The notes under the pieces are model-generated. The model saw nothing but the letters and a program-made list of their open reading frames with translations. It made no database searches and had not been told where the DNA came from. Positions 63,406 to 64,000 of a DNA stretch of 64,000 bases are shown here, in pieces. Within the stretch, counting starts at the first letter, position 1. Each line of letters opens with the position of its first letter. A program made the position numbers and the translations under genes. This stretch comes from Octopus sinensis (Eukaryota), in NCBI RefSeq assembly GCF_006345805.1, contig NC_042999.1, positions 117,304,001 through 117,368,000 of the forward strand, read 5' to 3'.

Positions 63406-64000
63406 AATATATAGTGAATGTTTATATGAGGCATTCCAGTAACTCTTTCCATATGCACTCGCATACACACATACATATACATAGATAAGCATATGTATGT
63501 ATGTGTGTATATTTGTAACTATGTATAAAACTATGTACGTCTTTTTGTATGTATGTATTACTTACGTATGTATGCTCGGTATGTATGTATGTGTATTTAC
63601 TGGTGTGCGTGTGCATGTAGAAGGAAGCCTTCGTTAGGAAATAATCAACTATTAAACACAAGCCTGGAAGCGATATTTCTTAAGTGAAAGGTCAGTCCAT
63701 TTTTACTCTATGTAAATCGTTGTATATTGGATATTTTTTCTCGTTTCTTTCCATTTTCTAATTATTTTGAAAAAGAGCGAAACAATCTCCTGCACCCACC
63801 TTGATAATTTAAATAAACTGTACGATCATACGCACACTTACGCTCACACACGTACACGCGCACACACATGCACACATCCACACACACACACACACACACA
63901 CAAATTAGACTCTTAGTTACGCCAACAATAAAATAATTAAAACAATAACTATTTTAGAAACTCAAATTAATGTTTTTGTTTCTTGTTTCAGTGTGAGGGC

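Overview
AT-rich, microsatellite-saturated eukaryotic DNA. The repeat families look like those of an octopus (coleoid cephalopod); this is recognition from memory, not a database search. I find no host protein-coding gene I can support. Most long ORFs in the track are microsatellite read-throughs, and the rest are decayed transposon proteins, so the window is intergenic or one very large intron. Content: 20 or more copies of a tRNA-headed SINE (family A, several with 15-20 bp TSDs), at least three other tRNA-headed SINE families, R4/Dong-type LINE fragments (RT, CCHC, REL endonuclease; one bounded by (TAA)n on both sides), RTE and CR1-like LINE fragments, Penelope-like element (PLE) fragments (RT and GIY-YIG), and relics of pogo/Tigger, Tc1/mariner and hAT transposases, plus a ~250 bp fold-back MITE. 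Most interesting: (i) two apparent locally templated insertions, a ~440 bp near-identical copy of 14165-14530 placed inside a SINE at 8878-9319 with junction amplification and an internal re-duplication, and an 85 bp copy of 52157-52241 that splits a PLE ORF; (ii) five decayed minimal hammerhead-ribozyme-like motifs with palindromic stem III, most lying at PLE-like ends; (iii) closely spaced inverted SINE pairs that could form dsRNA. Many TE boundaries are approximate (tens of bp).
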